A stretch of DNA of 64,000 nt from Bdellovibrionota bacterium (GCA_050952645.1 JBMNLI010000015.1:32640-96639), one strand, 5' to 3'; positions 11,094 to 22,350 are shown, numbered from the stretch's first letter. A program made the numbers and translations. The notes: generated from the sequence alone by a model not told the origin.

Positions 11094-11258
11094 AAATTAC
11101 CTCTGGCTAAAGCTTTCGTCAATTTTATTTTAAGCTATATTAAACTTAAAGAACTTTTAAAAGGTGTTGATGTTAATATAAAATTTTCTAAAAAAGATTA
11201 AAGTTATCCTTAGGTTTTTCGAGTAAATTTATATTGACATTAACAAAAAATATTATTT

Positions 11259-12692
11259 TCATTCTTGTAATCGTCTAATTCTCTTATTTATTATATAGCC
11301 CACATAAAAAATAATAAGCGGAAAAATAAGGGCACTTAATGATGATATTATAACAAGATCTTCTATATTATGTAAGTTCGAATAAATACTTAGGGGAAGT
11401 GATAAGAAAATAGCACTACCAATAGCAAAAGGAATAGCAATTGGTAATGACAGTTTGCCAAATAATGTTAATATTGTTGGAAAAAAGCCTGCAGCTCTAA
11501 TGGTTCCTATTATGAAAAACATAGCTTTTAAATTGGGTTTTAAAAATGCTATGATTGTACTTATGATTGCGATTGAAATTATGAAAAGGCGAGAAATATT
11601 TATAGCAGATAATTTCTTATTTTTTTTGAGGTAGGTTTCATAAATATCAACATAGCCTATAGAACATGTTGCACACAATGCTGAGTCTATCGTAGAGCAC
11701 AACCCTGCTAAAATCGTAATGCAATAGAATGAAATAACGAATTTCTCAAATAGAGAACTTATTACAATACCTCCTATTAGTTGCTCATCATTTAGCAATA
11801 TTTTTCCAGATCTGAAAAGTTCTACACCGATATATCCTAATAATGAGAGTGCAAAAGGGACAATTATATACATTAATGATGCCGATAAAAAAGATTTAGT
11901 TACATTGTTTTTATTACTGCCCATAACACGTTGAAAAAACATTTGGTCAGTAATTGGTCCTGTCCATAGCGTTATAAAAGAAGGAATAGCAAAATATTTA
12001 ATGGTGTTAATATCTAATAAATTGATATTGTTGTGTAATCCTCCAATATTATTGCGAATGGTTTCAATTCCACCAGTTTTGTATATGGCAATAGGGATAA
12101 TGATAATAATAAAAGCATATATAATTATCATTTCAAAACAATCTGTTATTATAGAAGCTTGAAAACCACTAATTAAAGAATAGGCTGTGGTGATTGCGAT
12201 TATAAGCAATATTACGACATTTGTATTAATCCCAGTAAGCATTGATATTAGCTTTGCTCCAATTACTGAATTTAAGACGAGAGCTGTTATCTGACATAGT
12301 AAAATTAACAATATATATGTAAAATGGACTGTCGTGTTATTTTTATATTTTTTTCTCATAAATTCAGCGAGCGTATAGCCATATGGTAAGTAATTTTTAA
12401 ATTTTTGTGCAAAGAATATGTAAATATAAAAACATGTAAAGTTCGGTAATAAAAACCAAAATACTCCTACATATCCAGATGTAAATGCTTGAGAAGAAGA
12501 TAAGAAAAGAGCTGGCCCCCATATCCAAGTCGCCGCTATACTTAACCCATTAAATATCCAAGGGACACTTCTGTTTGCTACTAAAAATGTATCAATATTA
12601 AAATTTTTTACATTGAAAATACACGTAATAAATATATTTGACAGCGCAAATATAGCAAATACTATGTATCCATCTATTTTTGAGAGAAACAA
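11259..12692 (-). CDS. Sodium:solute symporter (SSS) family transporter
   Basis: Multi-pass hydrophobic; FLVANRS, GLSIAATWIW, SGFQASIITD, DQMFFQR, AGLCSTIDSAL motifs; TTG start. Confidence 0.85.
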   Translation of the reverse strand: MFLSKIDGYIVFAIFALSNIFITCIFNVKNFNIDTFLVANRSVPWIFNGLSIAATWIWGPALFLSSSQAFTSGYVGVFWFLLPNFTCFYIYIFFAQKFKNYLPYGYTLAEFMRKKYKNNTTVHFTYILLILLCQITALVLNSVIGAKLISMLTGINTNVVILLIIAITTAYSLISGFQASIITDCFEMIIIYAFIIIIIPIAIYKTGGIETIRNNIGGLHNNINLLDINTIKYFAIPSFITLWTGPITDQMFFQRVMGSNKNNVTKSFLSASLMYIIVPFALSLLGYIGVELFRSGKILLNDEQLIGGIVISSLFEKFVISFYCITILAGLCSTIDSALCATCSIGYVDIYETYLKKNKKLSAINISRLFIISIAIISTIIAFLKPNLKAMFFIIGTIRAAGFFPTILTLFGKLSLPIAIPFAIGSAIFLSLPLSIYSNLHNIEDLVIISSLSALIFPLIIFYVGYIINKRIRRLQE

Positions 12693-12700
12693 GGCGACCT

Positions 12701-13357
12701 TTAAATTCTAATAGGGAAAATATTATTTACATATCTTTGAGCCATGATCATAATTTTTAAGTAATACCCAGATATAAAAACTCGTTCTTTATATAAATTA
12801 AAATCTTTTTGTGAAATTTTTCTTGTATCTTTTGTATATTTATTATTTTCAAAAATTTTTCCATCGATATCTACATATTGCTTCTTGTCAAAAAATAATA
12901 GAATGGCGTCGTTTATATTTAATTCAAATATGCCATATACCTCACCTATCTGAAGGTTGAAATCGGTCAAAACACTCTGCGTGTTAGCCATAAATACATT
13001 ACAAAATTCGTAATTTTTATAATTATGACTAGTATATATGTTTCGAAAGACTCCTAAAAACTGCTTGTCTGATAAGATTATATTTTTTCCAAGTTCTTCA
13101 GTAAGTTCTCTAAAGCCATCTTCTGGAGTTTCACCTGACATTAAATGTCCACTCGCAGATGCATCAAAAGTATTAGGACCAATTCTATTTTTGGAACCTC
13201 TGAGTTGGATATAAATAATATTTTTTTCTTTATTTATTAACCAACAAGCAAATGTTTGATGCCATAGACCTTTTTGGTGAACATTGTCAATAGATGCTTG
13301 ATAGGGGGCAATTTTGTTGTACATTTCGTCAAATATGTCTATTTCTTCCATACACAT
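12701..13357 (-). CDS. NUDIX hydrolase (IDI-like/YfcD-like subgroup)
   Basis: VHQKGLWHQTFACW...QLR...DASASGHLMSGETPEDGFRELTEELG Nudix box. Confidence 0.88.
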   Translation of the reverse strand: MCMEEIDIFDEMYNKIAPYQASIDNVHQKGLWHQTFACWLINKEKNIIYIQLRGSKNRIGPNTFDASASGHLMSGETPEDGFRELTEELGKNIILSDKQFLGVFRNIYTSHNYKNYEFCNVFMANTQSVLTDFNLQIGEVYGIFELNINDAILLFFDKKQYVDIDGKIFENNKYTKDTRKISQKDFNLYKERVFISGYYLKIMIMAQRYVNNIFPIRI

Positions 13358-13486
13358 TTCTTTCTTTGTATATTTTTTATTTATATTTTCAATAAATTAA
13401 AAGTATTTTTTCAATAATGATTGATAATATTTCTTTTTTTGTACAAAATCAATATGTAATTTTTAAAAATTTTGAGGATAATAAAA

Positions 13487-16347
13487 ATGTTGTTTGATAA
13501 TAATGTCGTACATAAAAATAATTATGCATTTGATGATTTGTCAAAATGGAAAATTATAAATTATAGGTCAATTAACGATTTAATAACTGCAGAATTTCTT
13601 CACGATTTATACAACCAAGCTGAACTACAGATAAATCCTGTTCGTTTTAGAAATACAGTATGTGTGATTGAAAATGGTGGTTTTAAAAGTTATGCACCAA
13701 TTGTTGAATGGGAAGCTATGGCAAAAATTTTAGGGAATAATTTAATAATGAGCCAATCATTAAGAGAAAAATTTTCAGATTACCTAGAAAGACCACAAGC
13801 TGAGCTATTGGAATTCATTGAAAAATTAGAGAAACGGTATGTTATAGAAAAAAACAACATTTCAAAAGAAGAAATATTTTATGATTTATCTCAACTTCAT
13901 TTTTTAGCTTTAAATCAAATTTATGCGATTAATTTAGTTCAGTTTGAACATGCTTTAGATTTCGCAATAAAAAAAATTAATGATAGTAAACATTTAAATT
14001 GGAATGATTTATTGTTTACAACTTCATTAACAAAAAGCGGTGAAGAGAAATTGCGAATGCTGGAATTATCTTTAGATATAACGGATAAGAAGTTATCATT
14101 TGACGATGCGATTGCAATTTATAATAATGAATTTTCATTTTTATTTTGTGCATATGGTGCAAAAGTTTTTGATTTTCAAAAACATTCAGAAAAAAAAATG
14201 CATGAAATATTGGATACAAGTGTCGATGAGAGAAGAAAGCAAATAGAAATTATAAAAAATAAAAAAGAAAGCATAGTAAAAAGTAAGGACTTGTCTTTAC
14301 TTAATTCGCTAGCTGATTTAGCTACTAAACTTGCTACTCGTCGAGATAACAATAAAGCTCTAATGGGTAAAGTTGCAAAACTAAGAGCGTGTATATTAGA
14401 TACCATACAAGTATTAACAAATATAAATCGTCAAGAACTAAATTTTTATTTTTTAAATGATTTATACAATCTTTTAGTGGAGGGGAAAAAACTTTCTAGT
14501 GATATAATAAAAAAAAGAAGTGGAAGAATCGTATTAAAACGCGAAGAAAAAGTTTTATATCAAAGTGAAGCTATAAAATTATCTGAAGTTATATTATCCA
14601 AACATAACTATACTGACAGTCATTATTTAAAAGGAGAAATAGCAAGTGGCGGGAAAGTTCGAGGTTATGTAAGAAAGGTATTAAATATGATGGACGCCAT
14701 GAAGATAGCTCCTAATGAAATATTGGTTGCTTATGGAACCGATTTTGATCTAATCACTGGTCTACAAAATTGTGCTGGAGTTGTTACTGAAGAAGGAGGG
14801 ATTTTAAGTCATGCATCTGTAATATCAAGAGAGTTGTCAAAGCCTTGTTTAATAAATGTAGAAGATGTTATGAGTATATTGCAAAATGGATGGTTTATTG
14901 AATTAGACGCAGATAATGAAAGGATAAAAATACTTAAAACAAATAAAGGTAATGAAAGCAAATTGCAACTTTTATCTAATATTCCAATGCAATTTATCAA
15001 AGGGGAAAAAGCGAAAAATTTAAGAATATTGTCTGATAATAATATACCAGTAATGATGGGTTTTTTGATTGATGTATCTTCAGAAATTAATTTGATAAAT
15101 GTGGCACAAGAAATTGTAATGCGACTTCTTCCTAAATTTTCATCTTGTATAGTAAGAAGCATTCTTTGATGGAAGATTTAAAGTTTCAATCAATGGCAGG
15201 AAACTTTGAATCTATTATATGTCAATTAGAAGAAGCGGCTGTTCTTAAGGCTATTCATGAAGTAGTGGCATCTTATGATACTCCTAAAATAGGAATGTTG
15301 CCTAGAATAAAATCAAGTTCTGTATTGGTTCAACCGTATTACAAGCAAATAATTGGTGGCGTGGCTTTTTCGCATAATCCAGTTAATGGAAGGCGAGAAT
15401 TGATAGTTGAATCTAGTAGTTTAGGGGCTGATGCTGTTGTGAATGGCAAATCTGAGAAATTAGTTATACCAAATGTAGTTTCTCAAGAATTAAAAAAGTA
15501 TATGGAAAAAATTGAGAAAATATTAAAATGTCCAATAGATGTAGAATGGGGGTATGGTGATGATGGAATAAAAATATTTCAAGCACGTCCAATAGTTTTT
15601 AAAAATAAAATGGCGAGAATGGATAATAAGAAAAGGTTATTAGTAATTGCTGGTGGGCAAGGCAATAGAATTAAGAAAATGTTTAATACAAGCAATATTC
15701 CTTTTACCAAACATGTACTGCCACTACCGACAAATGGTAGAAATGTAATTGGTGCAATTGTTGATAGGGCAAAAAAATCATTTAGCAATGTAGATATAAT
15801 TGCAAGTGATTCTACTATCCCATTTTTTACTCCATTGTTTGAGCAAGAAAATAATTTAAAAATTATAAATGACCATAAAATGTTCGGACCTCTCTATTAT
15901 CCTTTTATATACTTAATAAAAACAAAACAAAGAGTGTATGCTTGTTGTGGAGACATATATAGCGATTTCAATTGGGAAGATATGGAAATTTTTCATAATA
16001 AACATGCAGGTTGTGTAACAGCATTAGTTTCTAAGAGTTTTCCTACGCAGAATGCAGCTTGTTTTGAAATTGATAGTGATAGCCGTATTGTAAAATATAC
16101 AAGAAGAGAAAATTCTGAAAAAGACCTGATAAATATTGGTGCTTACATCTTTGATTGGTCTTCAAGCTTATCTGAAATAATAAAGGAACTAATAATAAAT
16201 AAAAATTGTAAAGAAGATTTGTTTTTTAAAAAATGCATAGATTACAATATATTATATGGTTATACTACAAACGAATTATCTTGTAACATAAACACACCAG
16301 AAACTTATAATAGCCTTATTGATAAATTAAAGATGGCAAATTTCTAA
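13487..16347 (+). pseudogene. Frameshifted fusion: unknown N-domain + PEP-utiliser phospho-His domain + PPDK/PEP-synthase-type ATP-grasp domain + nucleotidyltransferase (ORFs 13472..15169 and 15145..16347)
   Basis: GVVTEEGGILSHASVISREL (His domain); GEKAKNL...IVRS|SLMED...SMAG...VLVQPY...GGVAFS...DVEWG..IFQARPI (ATP-grasp, split by a 1-nt deletion at ~15161); IAGGQGNR..TKHVLP...GD..SD (NTP transferase). Confidence 0.8.
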
Positions 16348-16363
16348 ATTTCTGTTTTTTATG

Positions 16364-16566
16364 TGAACTACACTCAATATTTTGGACGTGAAATTTCGTG
16401 TATTTGAAAATCTAAATAAAATAAATTATAAATTCAGGACTTATTCCTCTATGGGGTTGTGCTAACACAACCTTATAGAGGAAGCGAAAATCCCACAACT
16501 ATTGATTATAAAAACTAGCTTCCATTTCATTAGGTGTTAAATAGCCTAGTGAACTGTGTGGCCGCT
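16364..16566 (-). mobile_element. IS3-like element remnant (transposase C-terminus and putative right end)
   Basis: Minus strand 16564->16499 reads RPHSSLGYLTPNEMEASFYNQ*; tgaactacactcaatattttggac at 16364 resembles IS3/IS150-type ends; strong hairpin 16444-16483. Confidence 0.7.
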
Positions 16567-16567
16567 A

Positions 16568-16895
16568 GCGGATTGTCAAATTAAACTAGACACTTTTTGT
16601 TTTAAAAAAGTGCCACTGTGATATACTCTAACAAAATTGTTTATTTATTATTAAAAGGAGTATATCAAATGGCACACAGACATCTTACCATAGATGAAGT
16701 AATTTATATAGAGCGTTATCACAAAACTAATACAAAAGTTAGTGAAATATGTGAAATTATGGTTCGTTCACGGTAAACGGTTTACAATGTTATTAACTTT
16801 TTAGAGTCTGGTGGTAATGCTACAGAATATTACGATAGATATAAAGCGAATAAGAGTAGGTGTGGAGCTAAAAAGAAAACACTAGTTTTTGTTTA
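16568..16895 (+). mobile_element. IS30-family remnant (left end and 5' transposase fragment with internal stop)
   Basis: gattgtcaaattaaactagaca end; AAGGAG RBS; ATG 16669 MAHRHLTIDEVIYIERY...RSR*TVYNVINFL...YKANKSRCG, resembling Firmicute IS1062/IS6770-type N-termini; TAA at 16774. Confidence 0.75.
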
Positions 16896-16923
16896 AAAAT
16901 TTTTAAAATTTTTGTAAAAAAAC

Positions 16924-17992
16924 TTAATTAAATAAACATGTTAGGGAAAATATAATATTAGGAAATCTAAATATAAAATTAGTTTTTCGATGTAGACTAT
17001 ATAAAAAATGGGAATTTAGGTAACGTCTTGCAATCGTATCATTTCTTTGCTCTACGTGTGAATTATCATTAGATTGATATTCTCTCGATCTTGTTATAAT
17101 TATAGGCTCCCTTCCACGTTCTAGCCTTTCTTCATTAAGATATTTAAGCATATGTGTATTAAGCATTTCAGTTCCATTGTCCGAATCATAACCTTTCAAA
17201 TCAAATGGTAAACCATCTTCTATATCTTCAAACACTCTTACAATACCAAGAGAGCCTTTTCCATAAGTACACCTAGCTTCTGTCCATAATGTATTTATAT
17301 CTACAGATGTAAAGCTATAAATAAATTCTCCAGATAAACTACCACCACAGTGTGCAACTGTGTCAGCTTCAATATGTCCAGGTATCTTTACATCCCATAT
17401 ATTTTTTTGCACAGGTATCTCTTTTCTAAAAGTGCTAGGACGTGTAGTGCTTTTACCCTTTAGTCCTTTGTATTCCTTTAGTATTCTATCTATTGTAGCT
17501 CTACTAACAGATAGTAATAAAGCACGCACTTCTTCATCATATTTTACGCCCATATATTCCTCAATACTTTTAACCCAAACTTTCATATCTGCTTTTAGTA
17601 TTCCAGAACACGAATAGTCGTGAAGCTTCCAAATTTCCTTTAATGCCTTTTTAAAATCTTCTCTTTGATAAATACCTTTCCTACCAACCCTCTTAGGTTT
17701 TAAAGGTCTACCTTGCTTCCTTGGCTTAGTAAGTCTTATAGCTTGACGATAGCCAACACCTAACTTTTCTTGAATTTCCTTTAAGACAGCTCCTTTACTT
17801 TTCTTGTCAAGTTTATGATAACGAGCCTTAATCGAATTTAAATATAATTCTCTTTCATACTTTTCCATAGACACCACCTGTATAATAAAAACACGGTTTA
17901 TATATTTCAGTGACATCTATTATGAGCCAACGCTTCATTTTTTTAACATATTAGAATGACCATTCGGTGACATCTAATTATGAGTCAAATCG
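16924..17992 (-). mobile_element. 3'-truncated DDE (rve-type) transposase/integrase with its upstream end repeats
   Basis: Probable start 17868; SRATIDRIL, PGHIEADTVAHCGG, DSDNGTE, SREYQSNDNSHVEQRN; homology appears to stop after ARRYL; motif gtgacatcta(a)ttatgagYcaa(at/)cg repeated at ~17910 and ~17967. Confidence 0.82.
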
Positions 17993-18019
17993 AAAAAGCT
18001 CTTTTTATATTTTTAATTA

Positions 18020-18047
18020 TTGACTTTTAGAGTAATTTTGTTAGTAT
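18020..18047 (+). promoter_or_regulatory. Candidate sigma70 promoter for tRNA-Val
   Basis: TTGACT-16 nt-TAGTAT about 75 nt upstream of the tRNA. Confidence 0.4.
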
Positions 18048-18123
18048 ACAAGGATATGATTTTGAAAAAAATCGTTTTTTATCATTAGTGATAATGTTAT
18101 TAATGATAGATACTCTTTAATGG

Positions 18124-18199
18124 GGGCGCTTAGCTCAATTGGTAGAGCGTCAGCCTTACAAGCTGGGGGTTATAGGTTCGAGTCCTATAGCGCCCACCA
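18124..18199 (+). tRNA. tRNA-Val (TAC)
   Basis: Acceptor gggcgct/agcgccc, D-arm gctc..gagc, anticodon loop ctTACaa, GGTTCGAGTCC T-arm, encoded CCA; 76 nt. Confidence 0.97.
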
Positions 18200-18301
18200 T
18201 TTTTCTTTTTTATCATTTCTTTTTTTCTTCTTTTTTTCTTCTTTTTCTTCTTCTTTTTCCCTTTCTTTCCTTTCGCTCTAATTTAATTTTTTCTTTGGAT
18301 G

Positions 18302-18931
18302 TTATTTTTTAATTTTTAGTATAATAAATATAGGGTTTCCCTTATGTTTAATTTTTAAAATTTTTTCTTTAAAGATTTTTCCTTGAAGTTTGAGCGTTAA
18401 TTTTTCCTTATCGACTAAAATAGTTTTTTTAGTCCCCATTATGGCTTCTTTAGGAGTTAAGTAGATTTCTAAAAAATCAAAAAGCTTATCATCTTTAATA
18501 CAAATCTCTTTTTTATCTTTTTTTGAAAATCTAAAAAGACTAGGCGTGTTTTTAATTCTATTTAAATATTTTTTTAGCAAAGTTTTAAGTCTACTTTTTT
18601 TAGTAGTTTTTATGTTTTTTTGATTGTTGTCTTTTTGATTATTTTTTTGGCTATTATTTTGGCTATTATAAAGGGAGGCACTCTTAGTGTAAGCGCTTAT
18701 TATTATTTTTTTAATTTTTTCATCGTATTCTTGCTTAAGTGTAAGATTCTTTAATGTTTCGTAGCTTTCCGAAATTTCTTTAAATTTTTCAGATGCATCA
18801 GGTTCGTTATTTATGTCGGGATGATACTTTCTAGCTAAGGTTTTATAAGCTTTGCTTATTTCTTTTTGTGTCGCATTAAAATTTAATCCTAAAATTTTAT
18901 AATAATTTTTCATACCGTTAAAAGATATCAC
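18302..18931 (-). CDS. J-domain protein (DnaJ/CbpA-like, short)
   Basis: NYYKILGL...AYKTLARKYHPD...FKEISESYETL; partial C-domain LTPKEAIMG. Confidence 0.88.
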   Translation of the reverse strand: MISFNGMKNYYKILGLNFNATQKEISKAYKTLARKYHPDINNEPDASEKFKEISESYETLKNLTLKQEYDEKIKKIIISAYTKSASLYNSQNNSQKNNQKDNNQKNIKTTKKSRLKTLLKKYLNRIKNTPSLFRFSKKDKKEICIKDDKLFDFLEIYLTPKEAIMGTKKTILVDKEKLTLKLQGKIFKEKILKIKHKGNPIFIILKIKK

Positions 18932-18965
18932 GAGTTATTAGTTATGTCTTTACAGTTTTTTAATT

Positions 18966-19490
18966 TTGATGCACAGTTTAAGTGTGAAGAAATTAAAGTT
19001 TTTTGCTATAATAATATCGTTTTCGTTGTTTTTTAGGACGCATAACGCATTTGCGCTTTCTAAAATCGTTTTAGGTCCTAATTCTATGAAATATAAAGGA
19101 AACTTATTTTGCCCATTAGACAAAAAGTATAAGGGGCTTACATCTAACTTTGGATATCGCTCTAAAGGTTTCCATGAGGGGGTCGATATGAAAGCGGCTA
19201 CTAATACTAATATATATGCTAGTCATAGTGGTGTAGTAGTAGTGAGTAAAAAAAATCGTTTTGGATATGGGAATATGGTCGTAATTAAAGGGCGTGGTAT
19301 AATGACCGTTTATTCTCATAATAATAGAAATTTAGTAAGAGTTGGAGATAAGGTAGAAAAGGGAGAGCGTATAGCTTTAGTAGGCAGTACTGGGCGTTCT
19401 ACGGGGCCTCATCTCCATTTTGAGATTAGAGTTCCTGTAAATAAAAAATGGTATGCAGTGAATCCTAATTTTTTTAAGGTGTGTCGATAA
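18966..19490 (+). CDS. M23 family peptidase
   Basis: HEGVD, GYGNMVVI, YSHN, GSTGRSTGPHLHFEIR; signal-like N-terminus. Confidence 0.93.
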   Translation: MMHSLSVKKLKFFAIIISFSLFFRTHNAFALSKIVLGPNSMKYKGNLFCPLDKKYKGLTSNFGYRSKGFHEGVDMKAATNTNIYASHSGVVVVSKKNRFGYGNMVVIKGRGIMTVYSHNNRNLVRVGDKVEKGERIALVGSTGRSTGPHLHFEIRVPVNKKWYAVNPNFFKVCR

Positions 19491-19509
19491 TTAAATAATT
19501 AAGGTTTTT

Positions 19510-19590
19510 TACGAGTTTAAAGTGGGTTAGAGAAATTAATTTTTGGCGTATCAAGTGGTTGATGCTAATTTTTAAGATCTTAAAGCCCTC
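19510..19590. repeat. Degenerate partial copies of the dispersed intergenic repeat
   Basis: tttaaagtgggttagagaaatt (reverse complement of core) followed by gatgctaatttttaagatcttaaagccc (forward core). Confidence 0.45.
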
Positions 19591-19666
19591 ACAATTAAAT
19601 ATGAAGAAAAACTAAATATGAAGAAATAAATATAAAGAAAAGCCTAATAATTAAGGAGAAAAGAGT

Positions 19667-20669
19667 TTGAGAGATTTAAGTTTAAATATAAACCAAGGGG
19701 TAGCTAGTCAAGCTAGCGATGTAGAAAGATTAAAACAAATACAAGATAAAATAGTTGCTATGACAAAAAGCTCAAGTGAGATTATAAAAACGCAAGAAAT
19801 AAGCTAGTTTGTAATATAATAGTTTTAGAACAAGAGATAACTAGTCTCGAGGTCGTGACGAATGTCGATAAGTCGTCAGACCGAAATATTAGTGATAAAA
19901 TTAAAAAAGATTTTCCTAATACGGCTATCCTTTCTGAGGAAAGTGCCCCAGAAATTAGAGATGAATTGTTTGCTGAAATGTTTTTATAGTAGATTCTCTA
20001 GATGGTTCAGGAAATTTTACTAATGGGCATAACTATTCTGCTGTGGCGATAGCTTATGCAGAAAAGGGCGAGGTTCTCGTTGGGGTAGTTCATAATCCTT
20101 TTGAAAATAAAATTTATACGGCTATAAAAGGTCAAGGTTCTTATATTCATGTGCTAGATAAAGATGGTGAAGTTGAAAATGTTTCTAAGCTTAAGTGCGT
20201 AAATTATAGTCCTTGCATAATGCCTGCGTGTGGAGCTTTTTACGATGAAAGGTCGTTTGATTGTTTTTGTAATTTTATTAAATTGCTTTATAAATGGCGT
20301 GAGTCAAAAGATTTATCATTAGACTTAAGACGGCTTGGAAGTGGTGCTTTGAATATTGTGCAAATTGGAGAAGGGCGTTTTCATTTCTTTTTTGAAACTC
20401 CTAGACCTTGGGACGTTGCAGCATCGGTGTTAATCGCTAAAGAGGCTGGTGCCGTTGTAGCTCACTATCTTCCTAAAGAAAAAAATATTCCTCTTGATAT
20501 GGATCCTTATGGAATATTTGTACGAACGCCTTTTATTTATAAAGAACTTGGAGAGCTTTTTTATCAAGCTTTTCTCCCTTTTGGGCAAGAAAGATACCCA
20601 GATTTGAATAATACAGAACTAGAGAAACTTTTCTTTGAAACTCGTTGGAATAGAGATGTTCGTGCGTAA
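19667..20669 (+). pseudogene. Inositol monophosphatase-family pseudogene (tandem paralog of 20935..22095)
   Basis: Fragments DVERLKQIQ.., VVTNVD..ILSEESAPE, FIVDSLDGSGNF, RRLGSGAL, WDVAA separated by stops/frameshifts near 19810 and 19985; DP->DS change in the metal-binding motif. Confidence 0.82.
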
Positions 20670-20934
20670 ACGTATATGCTAATAAATGGTAGAGGGATAA
20701 AGTAATGTAGCACTCATAGGTAATACTTAGGCGTCTTATGAAGCTTAACTAAATAGAAAATGTCTTGAAGTGAATCTTAATTTTTTAAAAAAAGCAATAA
20801 GTACAGAATAATGTTTCTAATAAGTAAAATATATTGCAGAACGATGTTTTAAATATAAGGCTAAAGTGATAAACTTCCGATTTGTGGATTTTATATAAGC
20901 TTTAAAAGCTTTTACTTAATTGCAGGAGGCAAAC

Positions 20935-22095
20935 ATGGATTTAGCAAGAGAAAACTATTATAAAAAACAAGGGCAAGGCAAATTTAATCCTAGACAAAGA
21001 GGGGACAGTTTAGGTCAATATGAAATTAGAACTAGTGAAGATTTAAGAAGAGATGCTTTAGAGTTTGAAAGATTAAAAAACATACAAAAATCATTAATAA
21101 ATATGGTTCATGGAGCAGGTGAAATAGTAGTAAAAATAAGAAATGAAGCCTTGGATTCGAAAGGGAGGGCGAGTAATAAAAATGTATTTAGTGTTTCATA
21201 TAAGGATGAGACTGTAGGAAGGTCTGTCGTAAGTCAAGCAGATCTTCGTTCTGAAGAATATATTTTAGAAAAAATTAGAAAAAATTTTTCCAATGTTTAT
21301 ATCCTTTCTGAGGAAAGTGCTCCTGATGTTAAATCTGAATTATTTGAAGGAAATGGTTTTATAATAGATCCTATCGATGGTTCAGGAAATTTTATTAATG
21401 GTATCGACTATTGTTTTATAGTGATAGCTTATGCCGAAAAAGGTGATGTTCTTACTAGTGTTGTTTATAATCCATTTAAAAAAGAAACTTTTACAGCGAT
21501 AAAAGATCATGGTGCTTTCCTTCAATTTGAAAAAAATGGAGAAAAATTTGAAAAGAGTCTTCATTGCAAAGATGCTATCGAATGTATTATGCCAATATTC
21601 GGAGCTTATTATGATAGAAAATCAAGAAAATCTATTAATGACTTTAATGATTCGTTAATGGAGTGGAAGCCTAAAGTTTTATCTTTAAACATTTTTACTA
21701 AAAGATCTGGTGGTATAACAACAGAATGGAAGGCTAAAGAAGGATGTTCAATTGATGTGAGACGGTTTGGAAGTGGTGCTGGAAATATAGCAGAAGTAGC
21801 CGCAGGGCGTTTTGATTGTTTTTTTGAGCATACTGCAAAACCTTGGGATGTTGCTGCATCGATATTAATTGCTAGAGAAGCTGGAGCAATTGTTACTCAT
21901 TATCTTCCATCGAAAAATGATGTGCCACGATGTATGGATCCTTATGGAATATTCGTAGGAACTCCTTTTACCCACAATAGGTTTGCTAATTTTTTCCATA
22001 AAGCTTTTCTGCCCTATTGGAGAGAAAATTATCCAAATTTAAGCGATGAAGATCTTTGGGTTCTTTCTGTAAAACGTTGGTATGATACCTTGTAA
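20935..22095 (+). CDS. Inositol monophosphatase family protein (SuhB/FIG superfamily)
   Basis: LSEE, IIDPIDGSGNF, RRFGSGA, KPWDVAA; GGAGG RBS before ATG 20935. Confidence 0.9.
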   Translation: MDLARENYYKKQGQGKFNPRQRGDSLGQYEIRTSEDLRRDALEFERLKNIQKSLINMVHGAGEIVVKIRNEALDSKGRASNKNVFSVSYKDETVGRSVVSQADLRSEEYILEKIRKNFSNVYILSEESAPDVKSELFEGNGFIIDPIDGSGNFINGIDYCFIVIAYAEKGDVLTSVVYNPFKKETFTAIKDHGAFLQFEKNGEKFEKSLHCKDAIECIMPIFGAYYDRKSRKSINDFNDSLMEWKPKVLSLNIFTKRSGGITTEWKAKEGCSIDVRRFGSGAGNIAEVAAGRFDCFFEHTAKPWDVAASILIAREAGAIVTHYLPSKNDVPRCMDPYGIFVGTPFTHNRFANFFHKAFLPYWRENYPNLSDEDLWVLSVKRWYDTL

Positions 22096-22350
22096 TAGAG
22101 TGCTTAAACTTATGTATTAGAAAGCTAAAGACTAAAGAAAATTTTTGTGATAGCTTAAATTCACCTTAAAGTTTGAAGAACATTTTAAAAAAAATACAAC
22201 AATAGTTTTGTGAAACAATTAAAAATAATTTTTTCAATTCCCATTTACGAGTAGGACACAGGATGCTTAAAGATATTTATATTTTAGTCTTTTCTTGTTA
22301 TAATCAAGTTTTAGGAAAATAATATTACTATTAGAAAAGAAAAATATTTT

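Noticed and set aside
11100..18199. tRNA-Val as integration site of the island
   Set aside because: Island lies on the 5' side of the tRNA; no duplicated tRNA fragment seen at the left boundary and no tyrosine/serine integrase
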